A program made the translations under genes and the position numbers. A stretch of DNA of 21,771 nt from positions 4,388 to 26,158 of the forward strand of contig JBBIVV010000007.1 of assembly GCA_037439545.1 (NCBI GenBank), in the 5' to 3' direction. Positions 1-8,546 of the stretch are shown here, in pieces. The notes under the pieces were generated by a model. It did no database searches. It was not told the DNA's origin and was given only the letters and a program-made list of their open reading frames with translations. Positions within the stretch are counted from its first letter, which is position 1. Each line of letters starts with the position of its first letter. This DNA is from a bacterium (GTDB lineage: Bacteria; JAMCPX01).

Positions 1-25
1 GTTCGTCTGTCAGTTCGAATTGCAT
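1..25 (-). CDS. Acyl-CoA dehydrogenase, first 8 codons only (runs off the left edge)
   Basis: Minus strand reads AGGAG (36..32), then ATG at 25: MQFELTDE. This is a typical ACAD N-terminus (M-x-F-x-L-T-x-E-Q), and it follows hbd-crt. Confidence 0.6.
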
Positions 26-44
26 ATATATCTCCTTTAATAAT

Positions 45-136
45 AAATCCTAAATAGGTAATGATGTTTTTGGATATTTATCATTTTGATATTATTTAGA
101 AATTAGAGCTTTAAATTTAGAATTTGAATTTAATTT
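45..136. repeat. AT-rich degenerate heptamer-like repeat tract (ATTTAGA/ATTTGA units)
   Basis: Reads ...ATTTAGAAATTAGAGCTTTAAATTTAGAATTTGAATTT. AAATCCTAAAT (45-55) is the reverse complement of 115-125 at 10/11. Segment 84-125 matches 10684-10725 at 31/42 ungapped. Confidence 0.55.
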
Positions 137-919
137 CTATTTGCCCTTAAAAACCGGCTTCCTTTTCTCCAGAAACGCATTCAATCCTTCCGTGTGATCT
201 TCCGTTGAAAAAAGCACCGCAAATGCATCCCGTTCTATTTCGAGTGCGGTCTTCAGATCTGTTTCTATACCGAGCTCGACAGTCCTTTTCGCCATGCTTA
301 TGGCGGTCTTCGATTTCGATGCGATCTTTGCAGCAAGAGCTTTCACCTCTTCCGTAAATTTGTCCTTCGGAATAATCTTGTTGATAAGTCCAATCTCTTT
401 TGCCTGCTGGGCCGTAATTATGTCGCCGGTAAGCACCAATTCCATGGCAATGCCTTTCCCGACAAGACGTGTAAGCCTCTGTGTACCGCCAAACCCCGGA
501 ATGATTCCGAGATTGATTTCAGGCTGTCCGAACTTAGCATCGTCACTCGCTACAATCATATCGCATGCCATCGCAAGTTCGCATCCGCCGCCCAGTGCAA
601 ACCCTTTCACGGCAGCGATGAAAGGTATGTTGAGCTCATCCATCTTCTGTTTTATGATTTCACTCTTCATTGAAAACGCCATCGCACCAAAAGGGGTCAA
701 TGAACTCAATTCCTTTATATCCGCACCTGCAACAAAAGCCTTTTCTCCCGCGCCCGTCATGACACATACTTTGACCTCAGGGTGCTGTTTCAGTTCTTCA
801 ATTGACAGCTTTAAGTCATCCAGCAACTGCGAATTCAAAGCATTGAGTACCTCAGGCCTGTTCAGCGTAATCATCGCTACAGCGCCGTCAATCTCCAATT
901 TTACTGTTTTATACTCCAT
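137..919 (-). CDS. crt: Short-chain enoyl-CoA hydratase (crotonase)
   Basis: 260 aa with LNRPEVLNAL, AFVAGADI, GFALGGGCELA, QPEINLGIIPGFGG (both catalytic Glu present) and C-terminal EKRKPVFKG; GGAGG RBS upstream. Confidence 0.93.
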   Translation of the reverse strand: MEYKTVKLEIDGAVAMITLNRPEVLNALNSQLLDDLKLSIEELKQHPEVKVCVMTGAGEKAFVAGADIKELSSLTPFGAMAFSMKSEIIKQKMDELNIPFIAAVKGFALGGGCELAMACDMIVASDDAKFGQPEINLGIIPGFGGTQRLTRLVGKGIAMELVLTGDIITAQQAKEIGLINKIIPKDKFTEEVKALAAKIASKSKTAISMAKRTVELGIETDLKTALEIERDAFAVLFSTEDHTEGLNAFLEKRKPVFKGK

Positions 920-928
920 GATATCCTC

Positions 929-1774
929 CTAATACTTATAAAATCCTCTGCCTGTCTTTCTTCCCCGCATACCCGCTTCTACATACTTACGCAGCAAGGG
1001 GCATGGTCTGTACTTCGGGTCTCCGAGATCCTCATGCAAAACATTAAGGATCGCAAGCATGGTATCGAGTCCGATAAAATCAGCAAGCTCCAGAGGACCC
1101 ATCGGGACATTGGTCCCAAGTTTCATTGCCGTATCGATATCCTCCGGAGTTGCTATGCCTTCCAGCAGCGCATAAACAGCCTCGTTTATCCATGGTGCAA
1201 GGACCCGGTTGACGATAAACCCTGCTGAATCTTTCGATGCCACGGTTGTCTTGCCGAGCTGTTTCGCAAGGTCAATTGTCGTAACGAGAGTTTGCTCCGA
1301 TGTTGCAATACCTTTGATGATCTCGACAAGCTTCATCACCGGTACCGGGTTCATAAAATGCATACCGACTACCCTGTCCGCCCTGCCGGTCATACCCGCT
1401 ATGCGCGTTATCGATATGGAAGACGTGTTGGATGCAAGTATGACCTCCGGCTTCATAAGATTGTCGAGCTGTTTAAACGTATCGAGTTTCAGCGATGGTT
1501 CTTCCGGTATGGCTTCTATGACGAACTCTGCTTCTTTAATGCCGGAAATATTTGAAGTCAATATGATGCGTTTTATTGCGGCATTTCTGTCCGATTCGGA
1601 TAATTTTCCTTTTTGGACGAATTTATCGAGACTCGCTTGAATGGTCTTCATGCCCCTGTTCAGGAATTCGTCCTTAATATCATAAAGAATGACAACTTTA
1701 CCCGCTACAGCGCTGACCTGGGCTATACCGCTTCCCATCTGTCCTGCACCGAGCACAGCGATTTTATTGATCAT
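929..1774 (-). CDS. hbd: 3-hydroxybutyryl-CoA (3-hydroxyacyl-CoA) dehydrogenase
   Basis: 281 aa with [46 protein letters not shown] and [18 protein letters not shown]. Confidence 0.95.
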   Translation of the reverse strand: MINKIAVLGAGQMGSGIAQVSAVAGKVVILYDIKDEFLNRGMKTIQASLDKFVQKGKLSESDRNAAIKRIILTSNISGIKEAEFVIEAIPEEPSLKLDTFKQLDNLMKPEVILASNTSSISITRIAGMTGRADRVVGMHFMNPVPVMKLVEIIKGIATSEQTLVTTIDLAKQLGKTTVASKDSAGFIVNRVLAPWINEAVYALLEGIATPEDIDTAMKLGTNVPMGPLELADFIGLDTMLAILNVLHEDLGDPKYRPCPLLRKYVEAGMRGRKTGRGFYKY

Positions 1775-1933
1775 AAAAGCCTCCTTTTATGATAAATTTG
1801 CTAACACCGTACAAGAGCTAATGCAATAAAATAGATATTTTTAGCACTATGAAGCAACATGGTAACACGAACAATGCGTTCGAAACGCATGAGGATCTGT
1901 CTCATAAGCGAAAACAGCATTCGCAAAAGGTGT

Positions 1934-3481
1934 TTATTTGAGGGGTATTGATATAATCCCGGCTACCGGCGAGTCCTGTGTCATATATATCTTGGAATAA
2001 TCCGGACTAAATACGAATTCAGCATCACCGTTCGTGTTTATGTCCTGTGCAAAAAGGGATACTTTATTCCCGCATACGATATTCGGGTTGTACGTGTAAA
2101 TAGCGGCCGTGCCCGAGTCAAAGACATACATAGTGCCGTTGGTATCGAACTTTATTCCTGCAGGACACACAAGCGTCGAAATAATGCTTGTGGTCACGGT
2201 TCCTGCAGCATTTATCTCATAGACAGTACCGTTTTTTCCGCAGTCACCGACATACACATTTCCGGAGCCGTCGGTTGCAATGGCATTCGGTGATGTATAT
2301 CCCGATGCAAACTGCGTTGCCGTTCCATCGCTTGCAATAGAAGTAATGGTCCCGCCACCGCTATTGGCGACAAAAAGCGGCCATGACTGTCCTTCGGACG
2401 AAAAAGCAAGTGCAGCAGGACTTACCCCTGCAGTAGAAAACAACGACGCGGTCCCGGTAACATCTATTGCTATGATATTGCTATCTGCATTATTGACGAC
2501 ATACAAGGTTCCATCCGTCGCCAATGCAACATCAGCCGGCGAGTTCAAAAGCGGATCGCTCGAATAAACCGATATCACAGCCGAAGAATCGGACTTCAAG
2601 ATTTCATTGTTTGTGAAATCCGCTATATACAGATTTCCTATTGTATCTTCCGTTATACCTATCGGTGTAGCGAATGACGGATCACTCGAGAATATACTGT
2701 ATGGGGTAAACAGCATCGGGTTTGAATAAGGCGTATTCGGATCACCGGAATCCACGAGAATGTTTCCAAGCGTTGTATTGGCCGGAACAGTAACGGTAAC
2801 AGAGGTATCCGTCCAGCTCTGTACACTTGCGCTAATGCCGTGAAAGGTGACTGACCCCTGTGTTGTTGAAAAATTATAACCCGCAATGGTGAGAGTGTCT
2901 CCGGTCAACCCGGTCGCAGATGAGGTGCCGGTGATTACAGGCACATTGGCATAGACATACACCACTGCAATGAAATCCGCCGTTGCATTAAAACCTATAG
3001 CCTTATCCGCAGATTGTCCCCCATGCGCAGGAATGGTGAACTCTGTACCGGTCGTTCCTGATGTAAAAATCCAGCCCCATGCCCCACCGGCAGGGCTGTC
3101 TATACTCCAGCCCGTACCTACATCAGCACCGCATACCGTAGCGCTCCCCGATGTGAGCCTGTATGCCTGCATCTCGACACCTGTCCAGTCGTTTGTATCA
3201 TTGTTGGTAATATATACAGGAGCAGTTATTGCAGAACCATCGAACAGTGCATTGACCGGCTGGTATACTCCCGCAAGACCCGTTATATTAATGCCTGCCC
3301 TCGGCGGAGTGACGCCGATTGATTTTACACGTAATGTCCGTGCATCTTTATTATAGCTCAACTGATAAACGCCAAGAGGCTGTTTTTGCTGATTTTGTTG
3401 TTTCTGTGCACTGTCACAGCCTGACAATACCGCGAAGCCGAATAAAACCGCACTATTCAATAGTAAAATATATTTTTTCAT
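1934..3481 (-). CDS. Lipoprotein with IPT/TIG domain and C-terminal NHL-like beta-propeller
   Basis: Signal peptide with lipobox LSG-C and a Gln-rich linker. IPT-like segment PVITG...GDTLTIAGYNF...SWTDTSVTVTVP. Repeats of the P-x-G/D-I-A-x-D-x-x-G-x-L-Y-V type (PIGITEDTIGNLYIAD, PADVALATDGTLYVV, PNAIATDGSGNVYVGD, PAGIKFDTNGTMYVFD). Confidence 0.8.
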   Translation of the reverse strand: MKKYILLLNSAVLFGFAVLSGCDSAQKQQNQQKQPLGVYQLSYNKDARTLRVKSIGVTPPRAGINITGLAGVYQPVNALFDGSAITAPVYITNNDTNDWTGVEMQAYRLTSGSATVCGADVGTGWSIDSPAGGAWGWIFTSGTTGTEFTIPAHGGQSADKAIGFNATADFIAVVYVYANVPVITGTSSATGLTGDTLTIAGYNFSTTQGSVTFHGISASVQSWTDTSVTVTVPANTTLGNILVDSGDPNTPYSNPMLFTPYSIFSSDPSFATPIGITEDTIGNLYIADFTNNEILKSDSSAVISVYSSDPLLNSPADVALATDGTLYVVNNADSNIIAIDVTGTASLFSTAGVSPAALAFSSEGQSWPLFVANSGGGTITSIASDGTATQFASGYTSPNAIATDGSGNVYVGDCGKNGTVYEINAAGTVTTSIISTLVCPAGIKFDTNGTMYVFDSGTAAIYTYNPNIVCGNKVSLFAQDINTNGDAEFVFSPDYSKIYMTQDSPVAGIISIPLK

Positions 3482-3503
3482 GTTGGTTAATCCTTATGAA
3501 TAT

Positions 3504-3530
3504 ATTCTACCACAATTGAGTAATTGTCAA
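3504..3530 (-). promoter_or_regulatory. Putative sigma70 promoter of the lipoprotein gene
   Basis: Minus strand TTGACA (3530-3525), 15-nt spacer ending in an extended TG-n, then TAGAAT (3509-3504). The spacer is short. Confidence 0.45.
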
Positions 3531-3582
3531 GCCATGAAGATTTCTTGAATATTGTTCCATTCTATTATAAATTTATACCGTT

Positions 3583-4659
3583 ATGTTAAAACAAAATCGT
3601 CAAAAAAGTGTCATACTCGGCATGAGCGGGGGCGTTGACAGTTCCGTGGCTGCTTTGCTGCTTCAGGAGCAGGGCTATAAGGTAAAAGGCGTTGCATTAA
3701 AGCTATGGGCATATAGATCCGAGAACCCTTGCTGCTCGACGAAAGACCTTAATGATGCAGGCATCATAGCCAAACAGCTTGGTATTGATTTCGAAGTGAT
3801 CGATATGCAGCACCGGTTCAAGGAACTTGTCGTTGACTACTATGTAAAAGAACTCTCTCATGGGAGAACGCCTAACCCGTGCATCGTATGCAATGACCGG
3901 CTTAAGTTCGGAGCGCTGCTGGATTACGCATTAAAAAAAGATTATGATTATGTTGCAACCGGACATTACGCCGGGATAAGAGCAGAGGGAGACAGCTATC
4001 ATCTTGAGAAAGCACTGGATCAGAATAAAGATCAGTCATATTTTTTATTCACCCTTGATCAGGAAAGGCTTTCAAAAATACTATTCCCGCTGGGAAAGCT
4101 CGATAAAAACACGGTAAGGGAAATCGCAAGGAAAGCTGAGATGATCACCTGCACAAAGAGTGATAGTCAGGAATTATGTTTTCTTCCGGGCGGCGGCGCT
4201 GAGGAATTCCTGAAGACACAAGAAAATGTAGACTTTCATAAGGGAAATATTGTTAATAGAGAACATAAGGTCATGGGAGAGCATAAAGGCCTGCCGTTTT
4301 ATACAATCGGGCAGAGAAAAGGAATCGGTTCCTATACAAACCGGCCTGTTTATGTTATCGATATCAATACTGTTGACAACAGCATAATGATTGGAGATGA
4401 AAGCTGTCTTATGGCAAATACATTTACGGTAAAAGATGTTCACTGGATAAGCGGTAAAAAGCCGCATACCCCTTTCTCTGCAGAGGTAAAGATAAGATAC
4501 CGGCATGCCGGCGCAAGGGCCAAAATTACCGGGAAGGATACTATGCTGACAATACAATTTGATTCACCGCAAAGGGCGATTACACCGGGTCAGGCGGCAG
4601 TGTTTTATAATGGTGCCGAAGTTCTGGGTGGTGGATGGATATGGGAGGTACAGGGATGA
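3583..4659 (+). CDS. mnmA: tRNA U34 2-thiouridylase MnmA (CXXC+C type)
   Basis: SGGVDS PP-loop, TPNPCIVCN, ATGHYA, KDQSYFL, SQELCF, YTIGQRKG, AITPGQAAVFY. Confidence 0.97.
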   Translation: MLKQNRQKSVILGMSGGVDSSVAALLLQEQGYKVKGVALKLWAYRSENPCCSTKDLNDAGIIAKQLGIDFEVIDMQHRFKELVVDYYVKELSHGRTPNPCIVCNDRLKFGALLDYALKKDYDYVATGHYAGIRAEGDSYHLEKALDQNKDQSYFLFTLDQERLSKILFPLGKLDKNTVREIARKAEMITCTKSDSQELCFLPGGGAEEFLKTQENVDFHKGNIVNREHKVMGEHKGLPFYTIGQRKGIGSYTNRPVYVIDINTVDNSIMIGDESCLMANTFTVKDVHWISGKKPHTPFSAEVKIRYRHAGARAKITGKDTMLTIQFDSPQRAITPGQAAVFYNGAEVLGGGWIWEVQG

Positions 4660-5153
4660 ATCTGAATAAGACGTGGAAGTCCGTAATCGGAACAACGGTT
4701 GCCGTCTATCTTCTCTCATTTATTCTGGGAGTTGCAATACACGCATTAACGACCGGTACATCGACAGACGGCAAAGTAATTCTGCCGGAGAGCTATATAC
4801 AGCAGATATCTGCTTTGAAAACTATAACTGTTGAAGATTCTTATAAGGACTATACGGAAGAAAATACAGTGTTTATCGATGCAAGGGACAACGCTGAATA
4901 TAATGAGGGCCATATAAAAGGGGCAATAAATATACCGTATGATCGGTTCCAGCAATACTATCCGCAGTATGAGAAACTGTTCACGAAAAATAAAAAGATC
5001 ATTACTTATTGCCATGGTATCGGATGCGGGTTAAGTGTAGACGTCGCAAAGGATCTTATAGCTTTAGGGTATACGAATGTTTTTGTAATGACAGAAGGCT
5101 GGCCCGGATGGATGAATGCAAACCTGCCAATCTCTGTCGGGAAGGAGCCTTAA
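4656..5153 (+). CDS. Rhodanese-domain protein with N-terminal membrane anchor
   Basis: IDARD...YNEGHIKGAINIP, active-site loop ITYCHGIGC, EGWPGW, hydrophobic N-terminal helix. Start moved to ATG 4656, which has an ATGA overlap with the mnmA stop and GGAGG at 4644-4648. Confidence 0.88.
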   Translation: MNLNKTWKSVIGTTVAVYLLSFILGVAIHALTTGTSTDGKVILPESYIQQISALKTITVEDSYKDYTEENTVFIDARDNAEYNEGHIKGAINIPYDRFQQYYPQYEKLFTKNKKIITYCHGIGCGLSVDVAKDLIALGYTNVFVMTEGWPGWMNANLPISVGKEP

Positions 5154-5154
5154 C

Positions 5155-5640
5155 ATGGAAAGAAAATGCGTCATCAATTTTGCACTTATGAAACCGTTCA
5201 TATTACTTTTGCTCAGGGTCCTCCTGGGTGCTGTGTTTATTCTCGCAGCCTACGGGAAGCTCCTTCATCCCGAGGTACTCGTTTCAACGGTAATAAACTT
5301 CAACATCCTTCCTCTGGGTCTTTCAAAGATTTTCGCATATACACTGCCCTGGATCGAGATGATTGCAGGCATCATGCTTATTATAGGTTTTGGGACAAGG
5401 GGCGCTTCATTTGCCATTGCATGGCTGCTCATATCATTTATCATTGCAATCGGTATAAACATGCACAGGGGCGTATCGATGGAATGCGGCTGCTTCGATA
5501 TATTCGGCATGAATGAAAAGATCGGCTCTGAAATCCTGCTCAGAGATGTTATTTTCTTCCTTATAGCAGCGGCACTTGTTCTGACAAAAGAGTTTCTGTT
5601 CAGCGTCGACACTTTTATGGAGAGAAAATCAAAACAGTAG
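5155..5640 (+). CDS. MauE/DoxX-family redox-associated membrane protein
   Basis: LRVLLGAVFILAAYGK, LPWIEM..G, ECGCF and RDVIFF motifs; about 4 hydrophobic segments. Start set at ATG 5155 with AGGAG at 5143-5147. Confidence 0.85.
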   Translation: MERKCVINFALMKPFILLLLRVLLGAVFILAAYGKLLHPEVLVSTVINFNILPLGLSKIFAYTLPWIEMIAGIMLIIGFGTRGASFAIAWLLISFIIAIGINMHRGVSMECGCFDIFGMNEKIGSEILLRDVIFFLIAAALVLTKEFLFSVDTFMERKSKQ

Positions 5641-5641
5641 C

Positions 5642-6061
5642 ATGTTGCCTGGTTATAATCATAATATCATCCATAAAGGCATTACCTTCCACGTACAAAC
5701 CGAGGACAGCGGCAAGGACAATCCATTCATAATGACTCACCTCTTTATAGGCGGCAATATCATTGCGACGAAGAAAACGACTTACATGGACATCATAAAG
5801 ATAAACGATCTTGATAAGATCGTTGCCGATATCATGAAGGAGCAGCACAAAAAAATGGTCATGGAACTGCGGGATGGAACTTATGACTCTCATGTGTTCG
5901 TTCAGGAGCTTTTAAAAAAACAGACGAATGCCCCGGCCGTAAACAAGCAGGATGCAAAGCCTGCGGCACAGAAAGAAAAAATATTGAATATCGACGAGGA
6001 AATAAAAAATCTTGACGAGGTAATACTCGATTACCTTGTTGAAACGACAGAGGAAAAATGA
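5642..6061 (+). CDS. Conserved protein, RomY-like (putative MglB co-GAP)
   Basis: N-terminal block of about 82 aa (GYNHN...HVQTEDSG...THLFIGGNII...MKEQHK...GTYD), low-complexity linker, and C-terminal LDEVILDYL motif. This matches my recollection of myxobacterial RomY architecture; not verified by search. Confidence 0.6.
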   Translation: MLPGYNHNIIHKGITFHVQTEDSGKDNPFIMTHLFIGGNIIATKKTTYMDIIKINDLDKIVADIMKEQHKKMVMELRDGTYDSHVFVQELLKKQTNAPAVNKQDAKPAAQKEKILNIDEEIKNLDEVILDYLVETTEEK

Positions 6062-6936
6062 AAGCAGAAACGACGGGCGATCAAAGTCTGTCCCGGGACT
6101 TAGCACAGACTTTACCGGTTGACAGAAAATTGGAACAAAAGGCAATCAGCCTCAGGATTGATATTCTGAAGATGCTGAATATTGCAAAATCAGGTCACAC
6201 AGGCGGTTCTTTATCATGCATCGATATACTTGTGGAACTATTTTATGAACAATTGAAACATGACCCGAAAAACCCTGAATCTTCTTCGAGGGACAGGTTT
6301 ATACTCTCAAAAGGCCACGCAGCACCGGCCATTTATGCCGTACTGGCTGACTCAGGGTACTTTGACAAAAAAGAACTGCTCACCCTTCGTAAACTCGGGA
6401 CAATCCTTCAGGGGCATCCCGACAGGAAAAAAACGAGGGGCATCGAGGTGTCAACGGGCTCTCTCGGACAGGGACTTTCAATGGGTGCCGGGATGGCACT
6501 CGGTTTGAAGATGGATCAACTCAGGAACCGCGTCTATGTATTACTCGGTGATGGAGAACTCCAGGAAGGACAGGTGTGGGAGGCTGCAATGGCGTCTGCA
6601 CACTATAAACTGGATAACCTCTGCGCTATCGTGGACAGGAACGGTCTGCAAATTGACGGCGCAGTGGAGGACATTATGGATATAGAGCCGCTTTCTGACA
6701 AATGGAAAAGCTTCGGCTGGAATGTAATAGGGGTTGATGGACATAATTTCTCCGCACTTCGAAGCGCATTCAATGTGGCAAGAGAAATAAAGGAAAAACC
6801 GACGGTAATCATAGCAAAGACCATAAAGGGAAAAGGTTCATCTATATTTGAAAATAAGGTACATTATCACGGTGTACCGCCATCGGATGAAGAACTGAAG
6901 ACAGCAATAAAGGAGCTTACCTCATGTCAGAAATGA
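6058..6936 (+). CDS. Transketolase, N-terminal (TPP-binding) subunit
   Basis: SGHTGGSLS, DRFILSKGHAAP, LQGHP, STGSLGQG and the TPP motif GDGELQEG...DRN; ATGA overlap with the upstream gene. Confidence 0.95.
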   Translation: MKAETTGDQSLSRDLAQTLPVDRKLEQKAISLRIDILKMLNIAKSGHTGGSLSCIDILVELFYEQLKHDPKNPESSSRDRFILSKGHAAPAIYAVLADSGYFDKKELLTLRKLGTILQGHPDRKKTRGIEVSTGSLGQGLSMGAGMALGLKMDQLRNRVYVLLGDGELQEGQVWEAAMASAHYKLDNLCAIVDRNGLQIDGAVEDIMDIEPLSDKWKSFGWNVIGVDGHNFSALRSAFNVAREIKEKPTVIIAKTIKGKGSSIFENKVHYHGVPPSDEELKTAIKELTSCQK

Positions 6937-7871
6937 TAGCCACAAGGGATGCTTATGGGAAGGCACTTGTTGCGCTTGGTGAACGGGAACCGAGGATTGT
7001 CGTGCTTGACGGTGATTTGTCTTCATCGACAAAGACGGGTATGTTCGCAAAACGTTTTCCGGAGAGGTTTTTCAATATGGGCATTGCAGAACAGAACCTC
7101 ATGGGTACTGCCGCAGGACTCGCATCACTGGGCAAAATACCCTACGCAAGCACATTCGCAATATTCGCAACAGGCAGGGCATGGGAGCAGGTAAGACAGT
7201 CAATTGCATATGCGGAACTTAATGTGAAGATCGTTGCGACACACAGCGGCGTTACAGTCGGAGAGGACGGCGGGTCACATCAGTCTGTGGAAGACATATC
7301 ACTCATGCGATCGATACCGGGAATGACCGTGATCGTACCGGCTGATGCTGTCGAGACGGAAAAAGTCATTCAGGAAGTAGCAAAATATAACGGGCCGGTC
7401 TTTGTGAGGCTTGGACGAATGAAAGTACCTGTTGTATTTGACGACGATTATACATTCAGGATCGGAAAAGCTGCAATGATAAAAGACGGCACAGATGTTT
7501 CAATAATAGCAACGGGCCTCATGGTGGCAAAAGCCATTGAAGCGGGTGAACTATTATCCGCAAAGGGCATACGCGCGAGGATCATAAATATGTCGACAAT
7601 AAAACCGATTGACGAGGCTATCATTGAGCAGGCTGCCGCTCAAACAGGTGCACTTGTTACTGCCGAAGAACACTCCATAATCGGCGGACTCGGCTCTGCC
7701 GTGGCAGAGGTTGTGGTAAAAAAACATCCTGTGCCTGTGGAGTTTGTCGGCATTAAAGATACTTTTGGAACATCGGGCACCTCTGAAGAGCTCCTTGAAT
7801 ATTTCGACCTTACAGCTTCCCGCATAGTGACAGCGGTTGAACAGGCACTGAAAAGAAAAAACCACGGATAA
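6924..7871 (+). CDS. Transketolase, C-terminal (pyrimidine-binding) subunit
   Basis: ATRDAYG, RFFNMGIAEQN, GEDGGSHQ, TIKPID, EEHSIIGGLG; overlaps the N-subunit gene. Confidence 0.95.
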   Translation: MSEMIATRDAYGKALVALGEREPRIVVLDGDLSSSTKTGMFAKRFPERFFNMGIAEQNLMGTAAGLASLGKIPYASTFAIFATGRAWEQVRQSIAYAELNVKIVATHSGVTVGEDGGSHQSVEDISLMRSIPGMTVIVPADAVETEKVIQEVAKYNGPVFVRLGRMKVPVVFDDDYTFRIGKAAMIKDGTDVSIIATGLMVAKAIEAGELLSAKGIRARIINMSTIKPIDEAIIEQAAAQTGALVTAEEHSIIGGLGSAVAEVVVKKHPVPVEFVGIKDTFGTSGTSEELLEYFDLTASRIVTAVEQALKRKNHG

Positions 7872-8530
7872 TGATTCAACTTTTTCATATTTACAAACAC
7901 TATCTGAAGGGCAGCGCTGCGCTTGAAGATATAAGCGTACAGATAGAAAAAGGTGAATTTGTTTTCGTCACAGGCCCAAGCGGTGCAGGCAAATCGACAC
8001 TCCTGAAACTTATGTTTCTTGCAGAGCTGCCGACAAAGGGACAGATAATCGTCAACGGCTACAACATAACGAGGCTGAAGAAATCCGCAATGCCCTTCTT
8101 GAGAAGAAACATAGGCGTCGTATTCCAGGATTTTAAACTGCTCTTCGACAGGACTGTGTTCGACAATGTAGCGCTCACGCTCGCGGTGCTGGGTTTGCCG
8201 AAAAAAGAGATTAAAAAAAAGGTCTGGGAGATATTGAAGATGGTTGGCCTTCAGCACAAGCTGAACTCTTACCCTTTAAGGTTGTCGGGCGGAGAACAGC
8301 AGCGGGTGTCCATTGCAAGGGCTCTTGTCAATGAGCCTGCAATCCTGCTTGCCGATGAGCCGACGGGCAATCTTGATCCCGACTTGACCGAGGACGTCAT
8401 GAAACTCCTGGAGGACATCAATATAAAAGGAACGACTGTCGTGGTTGCCACACACGACAAGAATCTCATCTCGCGATACAATAAACGTGTTATAGCACTC
8501 GAACATGGAAGGATTGTAGAAAAACAATAA
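7871..8530 (+). CDS. ftsE: Cell division ABC ATPase FtsE
   Basis: Walker A GPSGAGKST, LRRNIGVVFQDFKLL, LSGGEQQRVSIARA, LLADEPTGNLD; followed by FtsX. Confidence 0.95.
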   Translation: MIQLFHIYKHYLKGSAALEDISVQIEKGEFVFVTGPSGAGKSTLLKLMFLAELPTKGQIIVNGYNITRLKKSAMPFLRRNIGVVFQDFKLLFDRTVFDNVALTLAVLGLPKKEIKKKVWEILKMVGLQHKLNSYPLRLSGGEQQRVSIARALVNEPAILLADEPTGNLDPDLTEDVMKLLEDINIKGTTVVVATHDKNLISRYNKRVIALEHGRIVEKQ

Positions 8531-8546
8531 TCATGGACACACTCTC

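Noticed and set aside
45..136. CRISPR array or leader
   Set aside because: Repeats are short degenerate AT-rich units with no repeat-spacer periodicity, and there are no cas genes.
294..932. 212-aa plus-strand ORF
   Set aside because: Antisense shadow of the crotonase gene; no recognisable motifs.
1864..1934. tRNA gene
   Set aside because: No 7-bp acceptor stem, no properly placed T-loop or D-loop consensus, and no CCA.
4635..5154. Upstream starts at 4635 (rhodanese) and 5116 (DoxX)
   Set aside because: Starts at 4656 and 5155 have better RBS and coupling to the preceding stop codons.
7321..7336. Additional GAATGAC operator half-sites (also near 1687 and 13333)
   Set aside because: They lie inside coding regions and lack the GTCATTC half.
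7640..8257. 205-aa minus-strand ORF
   Set aside because: Antisense to tktC and ftsE; typical shadow ORF of an ABC ATPase.
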